Of a stretch of 64,000 nucleotides of DNA, positions 45,248 to 54,304 are shown piece by piece. Both the position numbers and the translations under genes were made by a program. The first letter of the stretch is position 1. Each line of letters starts with the position of its first letter. Below the pieces are notes generated by a model, which searched no databases, was not told where the DNA came from, and saw only the letters and a list, made by a program, of their open reading frames with translations. This DNA is from a virus: IMG/VR virus record IMGVR_UViG_3300042544_000912, positions 66,899 to 130,898 of that record. One strand, given 5' to 3'.

Positions 45248-45763
45248 ATGTTCGGTATGATACCTCTCCCATATAAATTATTAGCAGGTGCAGCACTAAT
45301 TATTGGCGTTTTCTTTTATGGATATATGAAGGGCTCTGCCTACGCCGAAGCAGAACTACAAAGATTTGCTGCTAAGGCAAGCACACAAGTTGCCGAACTT
45401 GAGAAAAAGAATGCTGAAATAAGTAACAATGTAGTTACTGAATATGTTGATAGAACAAACACAATTAGAGAGAAAGAATATGTTTACATTGATACCGCCA
45501 AAAACATTGTTCCTAGCCAGTCTGTTATGTCTAACGGCTGGGTGTTCACGCACGACTCTAGTGCCACTGCCAGTGATGCCGACCCCACCAGAGCTTCTGA
45601 TGCGTCCCCCTCAGGAATTACAGACACTACGGCCCTCGTCGGAATCATCACAAACTACTCCAGATGCCAGCAAAACGCCCAGCAATTGATTGCCCTACAG
45701 AAGTGGATTGCAGATAACAAAACTGAGGTTGATCGTATCAACTCCGAGAAATCGAAGAAGTAA
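45248..45763 (+). CDS. Rz-like inner-membrane spanin
   Basis: N-terminal TM, coiled-coil periplasmic region, late YSRCQQNAQQL Cys; SD AAGGA before ATG 45248. Confidence 0.7.
   Translation: MFGMIPLPYKLLAGAALIIGVFFYGYMKGSAYAEAELQRFAAKASTQVAELEKKNAEISNNVVTEYVDRTNTIREKEYVYIDTAKNIVPSQSVMSNGWVFTHDSSATASDADPTRASDASPSGITDTTALVGIITNYSRCQQNAQQLIALQKWIADNKTEVDRINSEKSKK
45480..45689 (+). CDS. Rz1-like outer-membrane lipoprotein spanin embedded in the Rz-like gene
   Basis: Alternate frame; signal MFTLIPPKTLFLASLLCLTAG-C followed by a Pro-rich mature part. Confidence 0.7.
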   Translation: MFTLIPPKTLFLASLLCLTAGCSRTTLVPLPVMPTPPELLMRPPQELQTLRPSSESSQTTPDASKTPSN

Positions 45764-45767
45764 TTGT

Positions 45768-45775
45768 TATAAATA
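45768..45775 (+). promoter_or_regulatory. T4-type late promoter TATAAATA
   Basis: Exact consensus upstream of 45808. Confidence 0.85.
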
Positions 45776-45807
45776 TAGCAAACGTTTAGCTTCTGGAGAT
45801 ACTTTTA

Positions 45808-47724
45808 ATGGCTAATATTATTGAAAAAGCGAAGGCGAGACTGAAAGAGGCTCGTGGTTCTGCATACACGCTGTATCACAAATCGTATACAGATGCAATC
45901 AATCATGCACTATCACACCATCAAAAGTCTGGTCTTCATGTAAGTGACGATGATAGATTCCAACATGTGGGTGTTGGCTCAAAGAAGCCAAGCGAAGGTA
46001 ATACCACTTCGGTGAGTATGCCAGCTACGCATACTAGTGGCAAGAAGCACATGATTCACGTCCAAGTATTCAACAAGGGTGGCACACACCCATATGAATT
46101 GAATACCTATTCGAGTGGCATGGGTCGTCAAGTTAAAGAAGACGCCGAGCATGTAAACTGTGGTACTCCAGAATGTTGCGGCGAATGCACTCCACCGATC
46201 GAAGAAGCATACGGCATGTGGAAGGTAGACTTTCCTAAGCAACATGCTGGTAAAGCTGTTGCGGCTGGCTCAGTCCATGTTAAGGCGCAGAACACCGCTC
46301 ATGCACATAAGGTTGCAGCAAAGAGAGTCGGTGTTGACCACACTGTATTCAAATCAAAGGTAACTAAGTCTTCAATTCTTCCAGAAGAGCGCGGCGAAGA
46401 CTCTAAGGGTCACTACCGCGCAACAGAAGATGGTGCTGGTTTAACTCGTAAGGGTGCTAAAGCCATGGGCATTAAGACAGCCGTTACAACTCCTCCTAGC
46501 AAGCTAGACCCTAAGGGTGAAGCTGCTGGTCGTCGCAGGTCATTCTGCGCCCGTATGGGTGGCATGAAAGGTCCTATGAAGGATGAGAAGGGTCGCCCAA
46601 CTCGCAAAGCTATGTCACTTCGTCGCTGGAATTGCAACGAAGAACTAGGTAAAGAAAACGAATGGGGTAGCCCAGGTCTTCGTAAGAAGTTTGCTGCTAT
46701 GACACCAGGACAAGAAGGACTAGCGGCTGATAATATTCCAGCAATGAATCCATTTTCTGGTGATGCTATCCAAGAACAACAACTTGACGAAATCTCGGCC
46801 CTAGGTGCCAAGAAGCGTTCTGAATTTGCTGCCAAACTACAAAAGACACTTGCCGACCCGAAAAAAATCGCAAAGGCCAAGAAAGATATTGCAAAGAAAA
46901 AGGCAGTCCAGAAAGCAGAAGAACCTAAGCATCTTGTTATGCAACTTCGCAAAGCAACTTCGATTGGCTCCAAGGTTAAGTTCTATGACGGTGCAGAACA
47001 CCACGTAGCCCCTAACCATGTAGAGAAGTTCAATGATCGCTATCATTCATTGAAGTCTTCAATCGAAAAGGAAAGCCTAGTCAAGCGCGCCCACAAATCA
47101 CATGCCGATTTCATGAGAGCCATCTCAGAAGAAACCATGGGTCAGACAATGGGACCTTGCACTGACAATATCTCACCTGCAAATTATCCTTCACCATATC
47201 AACTATCACCTCTACCTGGTTTAGAGGACATGAATGCTGACAATGAGGCAAATCAATACACCGAGGCTGACTTGGCTGCAATTGAGGCTGATGTCACAAA
47301 TGAAATTGAATCTTCTTCATGGCAAGACCTGAGCAAGTATTATGATGCCGAAGACGATGAAGACGAAGATGAAAACGAAGAAGAGTTAGATGAAGCCATC
47401 ACTCCTCAGGGTCGTCTAAAGAAAAAGTTTGCTGCAATGCGTAACAAGACGCGCCGTAACCTTGCTAAGAACATGGCAATGAAGCGTATCGCTACACCCG
47501 ATGTAATTAAGGGTCGCTCAATTCGTGCCGCTCGTAGAATGGTTTACAAGCGCATTCTTCGTAACCGCGACCCATCTTCTGTATCAGCCTCTGAAAAGGC
47601 ACGTATCGAAGCACAGGTAAAGCGTATGGCACCAATGGTATCAAGAATTTCTATTCGTCTACAACAAAGCGAAAGAAAGCGTGACCAAGCCCGTGTAACA
47701 AACGCAAGAACAAAGAAGAAATAA
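45808..47724 (+). CDS. Modular late protein (includes a DUF6321-like module), candidate head polyprotein
   Basis: Basic modules separated by acidic x-x-E joints; RRRSFCARMGGMKGPMKDEKGRPTRKAMSLRRWNC module. Confidence 0.6.
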   Translation: MANIIEKAKARLKEARGSAYTLYHKSYTDAINHALSHHQKSGLHVSDDDRFQHVGVGSKKPSEGNTTSVSMPATHTSGKKHMIHVQVFNKGGTHPYELNTYSSGMGRQVKEDAEHVNCGTPECCGECTPPIEEAYGMWKVDFPKQHAGKAVAAGSVHVKAQNTAHAHKVAAKRVGVDHTVFKSKVTKSSILPEERGEDSKGHYRATEDGAGLTRKGAKAMGIKTAVTTPPSKLDPKGEAAGRRRSFCARMGGMKGPMKDEKGRPTRKAMSLRRWNCNEELGKENEWGSPGLRKKFAAMTPGQEGLAADNIPAMNPFSGDAIQEQQLDEISALGAKKRSEFAAKLQKTLADPKKIAKAKKDIAKKKAVQKAEEPKHLVMQLRKATSIGSKVKFYDGAEHHVAPNHVEKFNDRYHSLKSSIEKESLVKRAHKSHADFMRAISEETMGQTMGPCTDNISPANYPSPYQLSPLPGLEDMNADNEANQYTEADLAAIEADVTNEIESSSWQDLSKYYDAEDDEDEDENEEELDEAITPQGRLKKKFAAMRNKTRRNLAKNMAMKRIATPDVIKGRSIRAARRMVYKRILRNRDPSSVSASEKARIEAQVKRMAPMVSRISIRLQQSERKRDQARVTNARTKKK

Positions 47725-47725
47725 T

Positions 47726-48163
47726 ATGGATGAGTTGAATACTGCCCTTAAAATTGTGATGGCAAATACATATGCAATGTATTTTAAAGCACATGGCTTT
47801 CACTGGAACGTAGAAGGTAAAGACTTCTCACAATACCACAGATTCTTTAGTAAATTATACGAAGAACTATTTGATGCTGTAGATACCGTTGCGGAACAAA
47901 TTAGAGCTTTGGATGAATATGCGCCATATAATATGACAGAACTTGCTTCTATTACTACTATCAAAGAATCTAATATCTATGGTGTAGATGTATCTGGTAT
48001 GTTAGCCGACCTTAATGACGCAAACGCATCTGTTATTGAAGCACTTAATTCGGCGCATAAATTGGCGGAAGCAGAAAATAATAGAGGTCTATTGAACCTA
48101 CTCGAAGAGAGATTAGATGTTCATGCAAAACACGGTTGGATGATCCGTGCATCCTCTAAGTGA
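47726..48163 (+). CDS. dps: Dps / mini-ferritin
   Basis: HGFHWNVEG, HRFFSKLYEE, DTVAEQIR and KHGWMI ferroxidase motifs. Confidence 0.9.
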   Translation: MDELNTALKIVMANTYAMYFKAHGFHWNVEGKDFSQYHRFFSKLYEELFDAVDTVAEQIRALDEYAPYNMTELASITTIKESNIYGVDVSGMLADLNDANASVIEALNSAHKLAEAENNRGLLNLLEERLDVHAKHGWMIRASSK

Positions 48164-48189
48164 TAAATATAGAGGATAAGGAGATACTA

Positions 48190-49584
48190 ATGTCACTCGA
48201 ACAAACAATTAAAGACACTGTAATGGCAGAGTCAGTAGATTTGGACATGCGTTTGCAGCAACTAGTTCGTGCTGGACTAATGCCATCGAATACTATTCCT
48301 CTATTGCGCAAAGCTATTACTAAGATACAAGGTGGTTATCCACTTCAAGGCGCCGAGCGCGATGTCATGGCAAACTTCTTAAATTCCATGATGTTCATCG
48401 TTCTGGGTGATGATTCTATCTTTAATAAGGCCAGAGTTGGTGCTAAATCGTATGCAACCGAAGCTAAAGAGAAGCAAGAGTATGACTATGAAGGTGACAT
48501 GGCTATGTCCCAACTAAAGTCAATCATTGCTAACTCGCAACGTATGCATGATTCGATGAGCGAAGATACAAATCTTCCTGAGTGGGTTCAATCAAAGATT
48601 ACTCTAGCAGAAGATTACATCTCAACCGCAGCAAACTATCTTCAAAGCGAAATGAATGAAGGTAAGCGCGGTCTCTGGGATAACATTCATGCCAAGCGTG
48701 AGAGAATTAAAGCTGGGTCAGGTGAGCGTATGCGTAAGCCTGGTTCAGAGGGTGCACCTAGTGCCGCAGACTTGAAAAATTCTCGCACGGAAGAAGTCGA
48801 ATTGATCGGTGAAGTAAACGCAAATCAAATTAAAAAAGATCTCGATTCTGGAATGTCACATGATGCTGTTATAGGAAAACATGCAAATAAAAGAACAACT
48901 AACACTGACGCAATTCGCAAGGTTATCAAGCAACACGCTTGGGATAAGCGAATGAAGAAAGAAGAAGTTGAACTGGATGAAGCAACATATTTTGTTCACA
49001 CCGCTAATAATGCACATCATGTCAACAAAAAAATTCCAACCGGAAAAAAAGATGCGATGGGGCAGGCATTGATGACATCGAAGGTTGTCAAGTCGTTTCC
49101 TTATGGAGACACCCAATCAAAGCAAACATCTCCTGACCAGCACAAGGCTGCACATGCTCATGCTAAAAAACTGAATGCCAGTATGAAAGAGGGCGTCGAA
49201 ACAATCGATGAAATCTCTTCTGATATGGCGTATCGCTATCTAAAAGGAAAGCGTGAAAGAGACTATGATATTAGTCCAGATGGCAAATCGAGCAAATTGA
49301 AGAAACCAATGACGTATGCTAAAATGAATAAAGACGCGAAGAGTTCTATGCGGGCCCTCAGAACAATTGAGAAGGCTAAGAAAGCCAATGAAGAAAAAGA
49401 ATCTCGCCGCGGCGAAGCACGGGCTGATATCGCTGCCATCACACAGATGAATGAGTCTTATAAGACCACATTTAATGCAGCACTTACACAGTATGGCATC
49501 AAGTCTCCCTCGGAACTTGATGAAGAAAAGAGAAAAGAATTTTTTAATTTCGTAGATCAAAACTATAAACAGGGAGACAATTAA
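48190..49584 (+). CDS. Modular late protein, candidate head polyprotein
   Basis: Modules YDYEGDMA...LPEWVQSKITLAEDYI, GLWDNIHAKRERIKAGSGERMRKPG and KEFFNFVDQNYK joined by EVELDE/ETIDE-type linkers; ATG 48190 has an SD. Confidence 0.6.
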   Translation: MSLEQTIKDTVMAESVDLDMRLQQLVRAGLMPSNTIPLLRKAITKIQGGYPLQGAERDVMANFLNSMMFIVLGDDSIFNKARVGAKSYATEAKEKQEYDYEGDMAMSQLKSIIANSQRMHDSMSEDTNLPEWVQSKITLAEDYISTAANYLQSEMNEGKRGLWDNIHAKRERIKAGSGERMRKPGSEGAPSAADLKNSRTEEVELIGEVNANQIKKDLDSGMSHDAVIGKHANKRTTNTDAIRKVIKQHAWDKRMKKEEVELDEATYFVHTANNAHHVNKKIPTGKKDAMGQALMTSKVVKSFPYGDTQSKQTSPDQHKAAHAHAKKLNASMKEGVETIDEISSDMAYRYLKGKRERDYDISPDGKSSKLKKPMTYAKMNKDAKSSMRALRTIEKAKKANEEKESRRGEARADIAAITQMNESYKTTFNAALTQYGIKSPSELDEEKRKEFFNFVDQNYKQGDN

Positions 49585-51140
49585 TGTCCGCATGGGGTAA
49601 ATCAGATAGTAAATCAAGAGACGGTACAGTAACTCTTACTGCGCCATCTATCACATTCAATGCCGCGACAGGTCATGCTGCTGGCGTTTATACTTCGGCA
49701 GGTCATCCATTCCAACTGGGTGATCCTGTTGTATATTCAAACGGTTCAGGAACTTCTGTTGTCGGTCTAACATCTGGTAGCACATATTATGTTACCAACG
49801 TAACACCAAACACTTTCATGGTTGCTTCCACAGAAGACCGTGCGCTACGCAACGTTCCTGAAGCAATCGTATCAACTGATGGTATTGGTTCTTCGCATAC
49901 GTTCACGTTGCCACTTGCACTTGGTCGCGGAACTCTAACAGGTACTGACAGTCTCTTCCTTGATGATGGACATCAAGTTGGTGACATTGTTCGTGTTGGC
50001 ACACAAGAAATGATTTATACCGCAATTGCCAGCGAAACATCTGCTACTGTTATCAATGCAAATCCAGGAACAACTCTGACTGCATTCTCAGATCAAGAGT
50101 ATAGAGTCCACGAAAAACCAACTTTTGTTGCATCTAATGCAACGTCGGACTTTGAATCAACCCAAGTATTTGGTGTAAGAAGCGGCGAAATCCATGGCGA
50201 CCAATCGGGTGGTTATATTTCGGCAGTTGCTCTAATCCAAGGTGGAACACGTTACCTTGAAGCACCTGCTGTTGGTTTCACTGGTGGTGGCGGTTCAGGT
50301 GCTGCGGCAACTGCAACTATTGCTGCTGGTTCTGTTACTGCAATCGCTGTAACAGACAATGGTTCATCGTATGAAACTGCTCCAACTGTAAATCTTTCGG
50401 TTCCACGCCGCACTGTGCCTATTTCTGGTGTTAACACTACAACAAATGTTCTCACTTATGCCGCTCACGGATTAACTGCTGGTGAGCATCTCAAGTATTA
50501 TCATAACGGTGGTACTGCTATTGCTGGACTAACAAATGCTGCATCCTATTATCCAGGACAAGTAACTACAAATACTTTCGTGCTGTATAACAGTGCCGCT
50601 CGTGGTACCAATGCTGTTGCTACTATGACTATTGCTACTACTGCGGTTAACACAACTACTAATGTCATCACTTCAAATGCACACGGTCTAGTTAATGGTG
50701 CAGAACTTAACTACAGCAACCAAGGTGGTACCAGTATTACTGGTTTGACTTCGGGTAATGATTACTTTGTTGTCAATAAGACTACCAATACTTTCCAACT
50801 AGCACTGACTTCAGGTGGTGATCCTATCGATCTTACTGGCACAGGTAACAACTCGCAGACATTCGCATCGACTGGTCAACTCGACCTAACTGGTACTGGT
50901 AATGACGACCAGTATTTCGATCTTCAGACTGCAACAACTGCTACTGCTCGTGCAGCACTCGGTGTAAACCAAGGTGTTGACAATGCTGAATCTGGTGCTG
51001 TTGCACACACTGGTTGGGTCAAGCGTAAGGTTCTAACTGGTGCACACGCTGGTCGTATCCAGTATGAAGTTCTGGTTGCACTTTCGAAGAACGGTATCTC
51101 CAGTGATGCTGCCGATGATATCGAATTCCCAGAGGATTAA
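49584..51140 (+). CDS. Virion structural protein with three internal repeat domains
   Basis: MSAWG N-terminus, three H-G/P-x-x-G...GLT...Y-x-V...NTF repeats, C-terminal HTGWV...GRIQYEVLVA. Confidence 0.65.
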   Translation: MSAWGKSDSKSRDGTVTLTAPSITFNAATGHAAGVYTSAGHPFQLGDPVVYSNGSGTSVVGLTSGSTYYVTNVTPNTFMVASTEDRALRNVPEAIVSTDGIGSSHTFTLPLALGRGTLTGTDSLFLDDGHQVGDIVRVGTQEMIYTAIASETSATVINANPGTTLTAFSDQEYRVHEKPTFVASNATSDFESTQVFGVRSGEIHGDQSGGYISAVALIQGGTRYLEAPAVGFTGGGGSGAAATATIAAGSVTAIAVTDNGSSYETAPTVNLSVPRRTVPISGVNTTTNVLTYAAHGLTAGEHLKYYHNGGTAIAGLTNAASYYPGQVTTNTFVLYNSAARGTNAVATMTIATTAVNTTTNVITSNAHGLVNGAELNYSNQGGTSITGLTSGNDYFVVNKTTNTFQLALTSGGDPIDLTGTGNNSQTFASTGQLDLTGTGNDDQYFDLQTATTATARAALGVNQGVDNAESGAVAHTGWVKRKVLTGAHAGRIQYEVLVALSKNGISSDAADDIEFPED

Positions 51141-51146
51141 TAACTA

Positions 51147-51599
51147 ATGGCAGATAGCAAAGTAACCGCGATGAATCCAGCAACCGATGCGAATTCGGCT
51201 GATGTGCTTTATCTAGTGAAACCAAATACAAGTCCATATGATCATAAGATTACTATTGCTAATCTGTTCGGGGGCATTCCTGTCCCTGTAGTCTTAGAAG
51301 ATAAATTAGTAATGGGTGGCACTCCTCAGTCTTTATCGGCTGGGGGTGCCATCTCAATAGCTACTTCTGTTACTAAAATTTCATCACCTGATGCCAACGG
51401 TACTCTTACTATAGCGGATGGTGTAGATGGCCAAATTAAGACTATTATAATGCAGTCTAATATTGGTAGTCATACTATGACAATCAATGCCAATATTGGT
51501 CATTCGAGTATTGTATTTAATTCTGCGGGTGATACCGCAACTTTGATGTTTATGGGTACCGTCTGGTACTTCATCGGGGGAACGGCGACAGTATCATAA
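51147..51599 (+). CDS. Putative structural protein
   Basis: MADSKVTAM N-terminus and ADGVDGQIKTI...GDTATLMF...WY beta-rich pattern. Confidence 0.55.
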   Translation: MADSKVTAMNPATDANSADVLYLVKPNTSPYDHKITIANLFGGIPVPVVLEDKLVMGGTPQSLSAGGAISIATSVTKISSPDANGTLTIADGVDGQIKTIIMQSNIGSHTMTINANIGHSSIVFNSAGDTATLMFMGTVWYFIGGTATVS

Positions 51600-51600
51600 T

Positions 51601-51963
51601 ATGTTTGAATTAAATGATGATAATTTTTTGATCTTTGCTATTAAGAACTACGACAATCGGGGTTGCCTTGGTATGTCGGATCTTGAAGAAGATTTAAAAC
51701 GATTTAAATATATCAAACGATTATTTCGTAGATATGAAACAACAGATGTATTAAGCGAAAGATTGATACTCAATCACTTAATAGTTTTGTATAACGTATT
51801 TGGTAATGAAACCTCTTTGATGCTTTTATATAAGCTGGAAAATAAGTATTGGTCATATCTGAAAACATTTCTAGTTTATCTAAATAGAATGACTGTAGAT
51901 GATATACCAGAAGTATCTTTAGATTTAAATGTAGCAAGAACTTTAAGGAATATTGATGGCTAA
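51601..51963 (+). CDS. Hypothetical protein of a conserved T4-like type
   Basis: LNDDNFLIFAIKNYDN...EDLKRFKYIKRL...ERLILNHLIVLYNVFG. Confidence 0.7.
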   Translation: MFELNDDNFLIFAIKNYDNRGCLGMSDLEEDLKRFKYIKRLFRRYETTDVLSERLILNHLIVLYNVFGNETSLMLLYKLENKYWSYLKTFLVYLNRMTVDDIPEVSLDLNVARTLRNIDG

Positions 51964-52492
51964 GTTGATCGATAATGCTATTGCACTGCGCGTCCTTTGG
52001 ATGCTTACTACTCCGTTTGATAGGACGGATGCATACCGCTTGGGAATTATCGACAAGACAGGCAAAGAAATCACACCAATTTCAAAACTTAATACAGATG
52101 TTGAGAGAGAAGCATACACTTATCTCCATCGTTTAGTTTTTAGATTGAAAAGAATTATTCATATGGTGCCAGTAGAAAGTAAAAACTTTCTTTCTTTTGC
52201 CGCTGCGGTTGCATTGGTAAAAGAAGGTGTAGAATATGATGACGATATTTTAGAGGAACTATTCTATATGGCACATGAAGAACCAGAAGCGATTGCTCTA
52301 GCAGAAGAGCTAGAGAACAGAACCCTTTCATTCAGACAGTTTGTTGAAGAGATGGGTGTTGGCGGTGGTGCCGTTGCTGGTATTGGTATCAACAATCCAA
52401 ATATTCCTAATCAGGATGAACCTGGTGTCTCTAAGAAGGCACAAAAGAATTATAAAAAGAAGAAGAAAATTATAAGAAGGAATGCACAATGA
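51953..52492 (+). CDS. Hypothetical protein of a conserved T4-like type
   Basis: LTTPFDRTDAYRLGIID motif; internal TLSFRQFVEE. Confidence 0.65.
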   Translation: MMAKLIDNAIALRVLWMLTTPFDRTDAYRLGIIDKTGKEITPISKLNTDVEREAYTYLHRLVFRLKRIIHMVPVESKNFLSFAAAVALVKEGVEYDDDILEELFYMAHEEPEAIALAEELENRTLSFRQFVEEMGVGGGAVAGIGINNPNIPNQDEPGVSKKAQKNYKKKKKIIRRNAQ

Positions 52493-52941
52493 GTTTGTTA
52501 TCTTTTATAACTAAAGAGGAGCCAATCACTTCTCTTGCAGACTTGGAACTAGCCAAGGGTAAAATACAACTTACAATTATGAAGATGGCGGCAGCTATTC
52601 TCGGTATTATTATGATGTCTGTTGTTGTTACCATGATGATTGGCCTGTTTGTTCCAAATGAAACAATTGATAACAACGAAATCTTCAAGATTATTGGTCC
52701 AGCATTCTCGACCATCGTCGGTGCTTTTGTTGGTGCATTCGCTACTATGATGGGCATGAAGACTGCCGACTTTGACCCTAACGTTAAGGTTCAAGAGCTA
52801 GGTAAGACTGACCATAAAGCACTAGCAGAGGCGCATGTTATTAATGCTCAGGCAGAATCAATTGAAGCCGACACAGAAATCAAATTGATGGCAGCTATCG
52901 ATAAGTATAAAGATAGTGACGATGACTTCGGTCCATTCTAA
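52489..52941 (+). CDS. Two-TM membrane protein next to the endolysin (holin candidate)
   Basis: Two long hydrophobic helices; IIGPAFSTIVGAFVG. Confidence 0.55.
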   Translation: MSLLSFITKEEPITSLADLELAKGKIQLTIMKMAAAILGIIMMSVVVTMMIGLFVPNETIDNNEIFKIIGPAFSTIVGAFVGAFATMMGMKTADFDPNVKVQELGKTDHKALAEAHVINAQAESIEADTEIKLMAAIDKYKDSDDDFGPF

Positions 52942-52952
52942 GGAGTAAGATA

Positions 52953-54128
52953 ATGACACAATTAACAGAACATTTTACTCTAGCAGAGATGATCGTATCA
53001 CCAACGGCAAAGCGCCTTGGCATTCCTAACACACCAACAGCCGAGCATATCGAAAACATGCGCTACTGTTGTGAGAAGATTCTTGAGCCAGTAAGAGCGA
53101 AGTTTGGTCCAGTTACCATCAACTCATCTTACCGCGCGCCACTTGTCAATAAGGCAGTTGGTGGTTCTGCTACTTCACAACACGTTAATGGACAAGCAAT
53201 TGACTTCGAAGTTAAGGGTGTTGACAACAAGACCGTTGCTGACTGGGTTGCAGACAATCTAGAATTTGACCAAGTCATCCTCGAGTTTTACTCAGCCGGT
53301 GATAAGAACTCTGGTTGGGTTCACGCTTCAATCAAGAAGGCTGGTGGCAATCGCCGTCAACGTTTGATTGCTTCTAAGTCTAAAGCTGGTGGCACAAAGT
53401 ATACACCTGTTGCTGACTTTGACCCTAGCACAACTAAGGAAGCTGGTGCACCTGTAGTTCAAGCAGCGGCACAGGTTGCTAAAGCCGCCGTTCAAGCAAC
53501 ATCAACTTCTGGCCTTGGACCAATGGCTGCACTTCAAGCAAAGTGTGGTCTGCCTACTGATGGTAAGTGGGGCCCAGGAACATTCAAGGGTGCCAAAGAT
53601 TACTTCAAACTATCGACTGCACAGGCCGCGCACTTCTTCGGTCAATGCGCCCATGAGTCCGGTGGCTTCAAGGTGTTCTCGGAAAATCTAAACTACTCTG
53701 ACAAGGGTCTCAACGGCATCTTTAAGAAGTATTTCCCTACAATCGCATCGACTGCCGGGTATGCTCGTAAGCCAGAAAAGATTGCTAACAAAGTATACGC
53801 CAATCGTATGGGCAATGGCCCAGAAGCATCGGGTGATGGATGGAAGTTCCGAGGCCGTGGTCCAATCCAGTTAACTGGTAAGAGCAACTACACTCAATTT
53901 GCCCAAGATATCGGTCGCCCAGATGTTCTGACAAACCCAGACATCGTGGCAACAGAACTTGCTTTCGAATCCGCTCTATGGTTCTTCAATAAGAATGGTC
54001 TATTCGCAATCGCGGACAAGGGTGTCACAGATGCAGTCATCGGTCAGATTACTCGCCGCGTAAACGGCGGTACGCATGGTCTTGATGACCGTATTAAGAA
54101 AACTAAGCAATACGCAAACTGGGGATAA
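52953..54128 (+). CDS. Endolysin: peptidase M15 + peptidoglycan-binding-like segment + GH19 glycoside hydrolase
   Basis: SYR...SQH...AID...WVH (M15); LPTDGKWGPGT (PG-binding-like); HFFGQCAHES, FRGRGPIQLTG and NGGTHGLDDR (GH19). Confidence 0.9.
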   Translation: MTQLTEHFTLAEMIVSPTAKRLGIPNTPTAEHIENMRYCCEKILEPVRAKFGPVTINSSYRAPLVNKAVGGSATSQHVNGQAIDFEVKGVDNKTVADWVADNLEFDQVILEFYSAGDKNSGWVHASIKKAGGNRRQRLIASKSKAGGTKYTPVADFDPSTTKEAGAPVVQAAAQVAKAAVQATSTSGLGPMAALQAKCGLPTDGKWGPGTFKGAKDYFKLSTAQAAHFFGQCAHESGGFKVFSENLNYSDKGLNGIFKKYFPTIASTAGYARKPEKIANKVYANRMGNGPEASGDGWKFRGRGPIQLTGKSNYTQFAQDIGRPDVLTNPDIVATELAFESALWFFNKNGLFAIADKGVTDAVIGQITRRVNGGTHGLDDRIKKTKQYANWG

Positions 54129-54133
54129 TAAAT

Positions 54134-54304
54134 ATGCTTAATCAAATCAAAGACGCACTGAAAAAACTTTTTGGTTTTGTAGACGCTAACAAGGACGGTA
54201 AGATTGACCTTGTTGAGGTTACTGCCGCTGTTGACAAAGCAGAAGCAAAAGTGAAAGAAGTTAAGGCAGTTGTCAAAAAAGCCCGCAAACCAAAGGCTAA
54301 GTAA
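54134..54304 (+). CDS. 56-aa protein with canonical EF-hand loop (not in the ORF track)
   Basis: MLNQIKDALKKLFGFVDANKDGKIDLVEVTAAVDKAEAKVKEVKAVVKKARKPKAK translated by hand. Confidence 0.7.
   Translation: MLNQIKDALKKLFGFVDANKDGKIDLVEVTAAVDKAEAKVKEVKAVVKKARKPKAK

Noticed and set aside
46413-46973. 186-aa minus-strand ORF and the other minus-strand ORFs in the track
   Set aside because: All overlap well-supported + strand genes and lack recognisable motifs; the window appears single-stranded in coding
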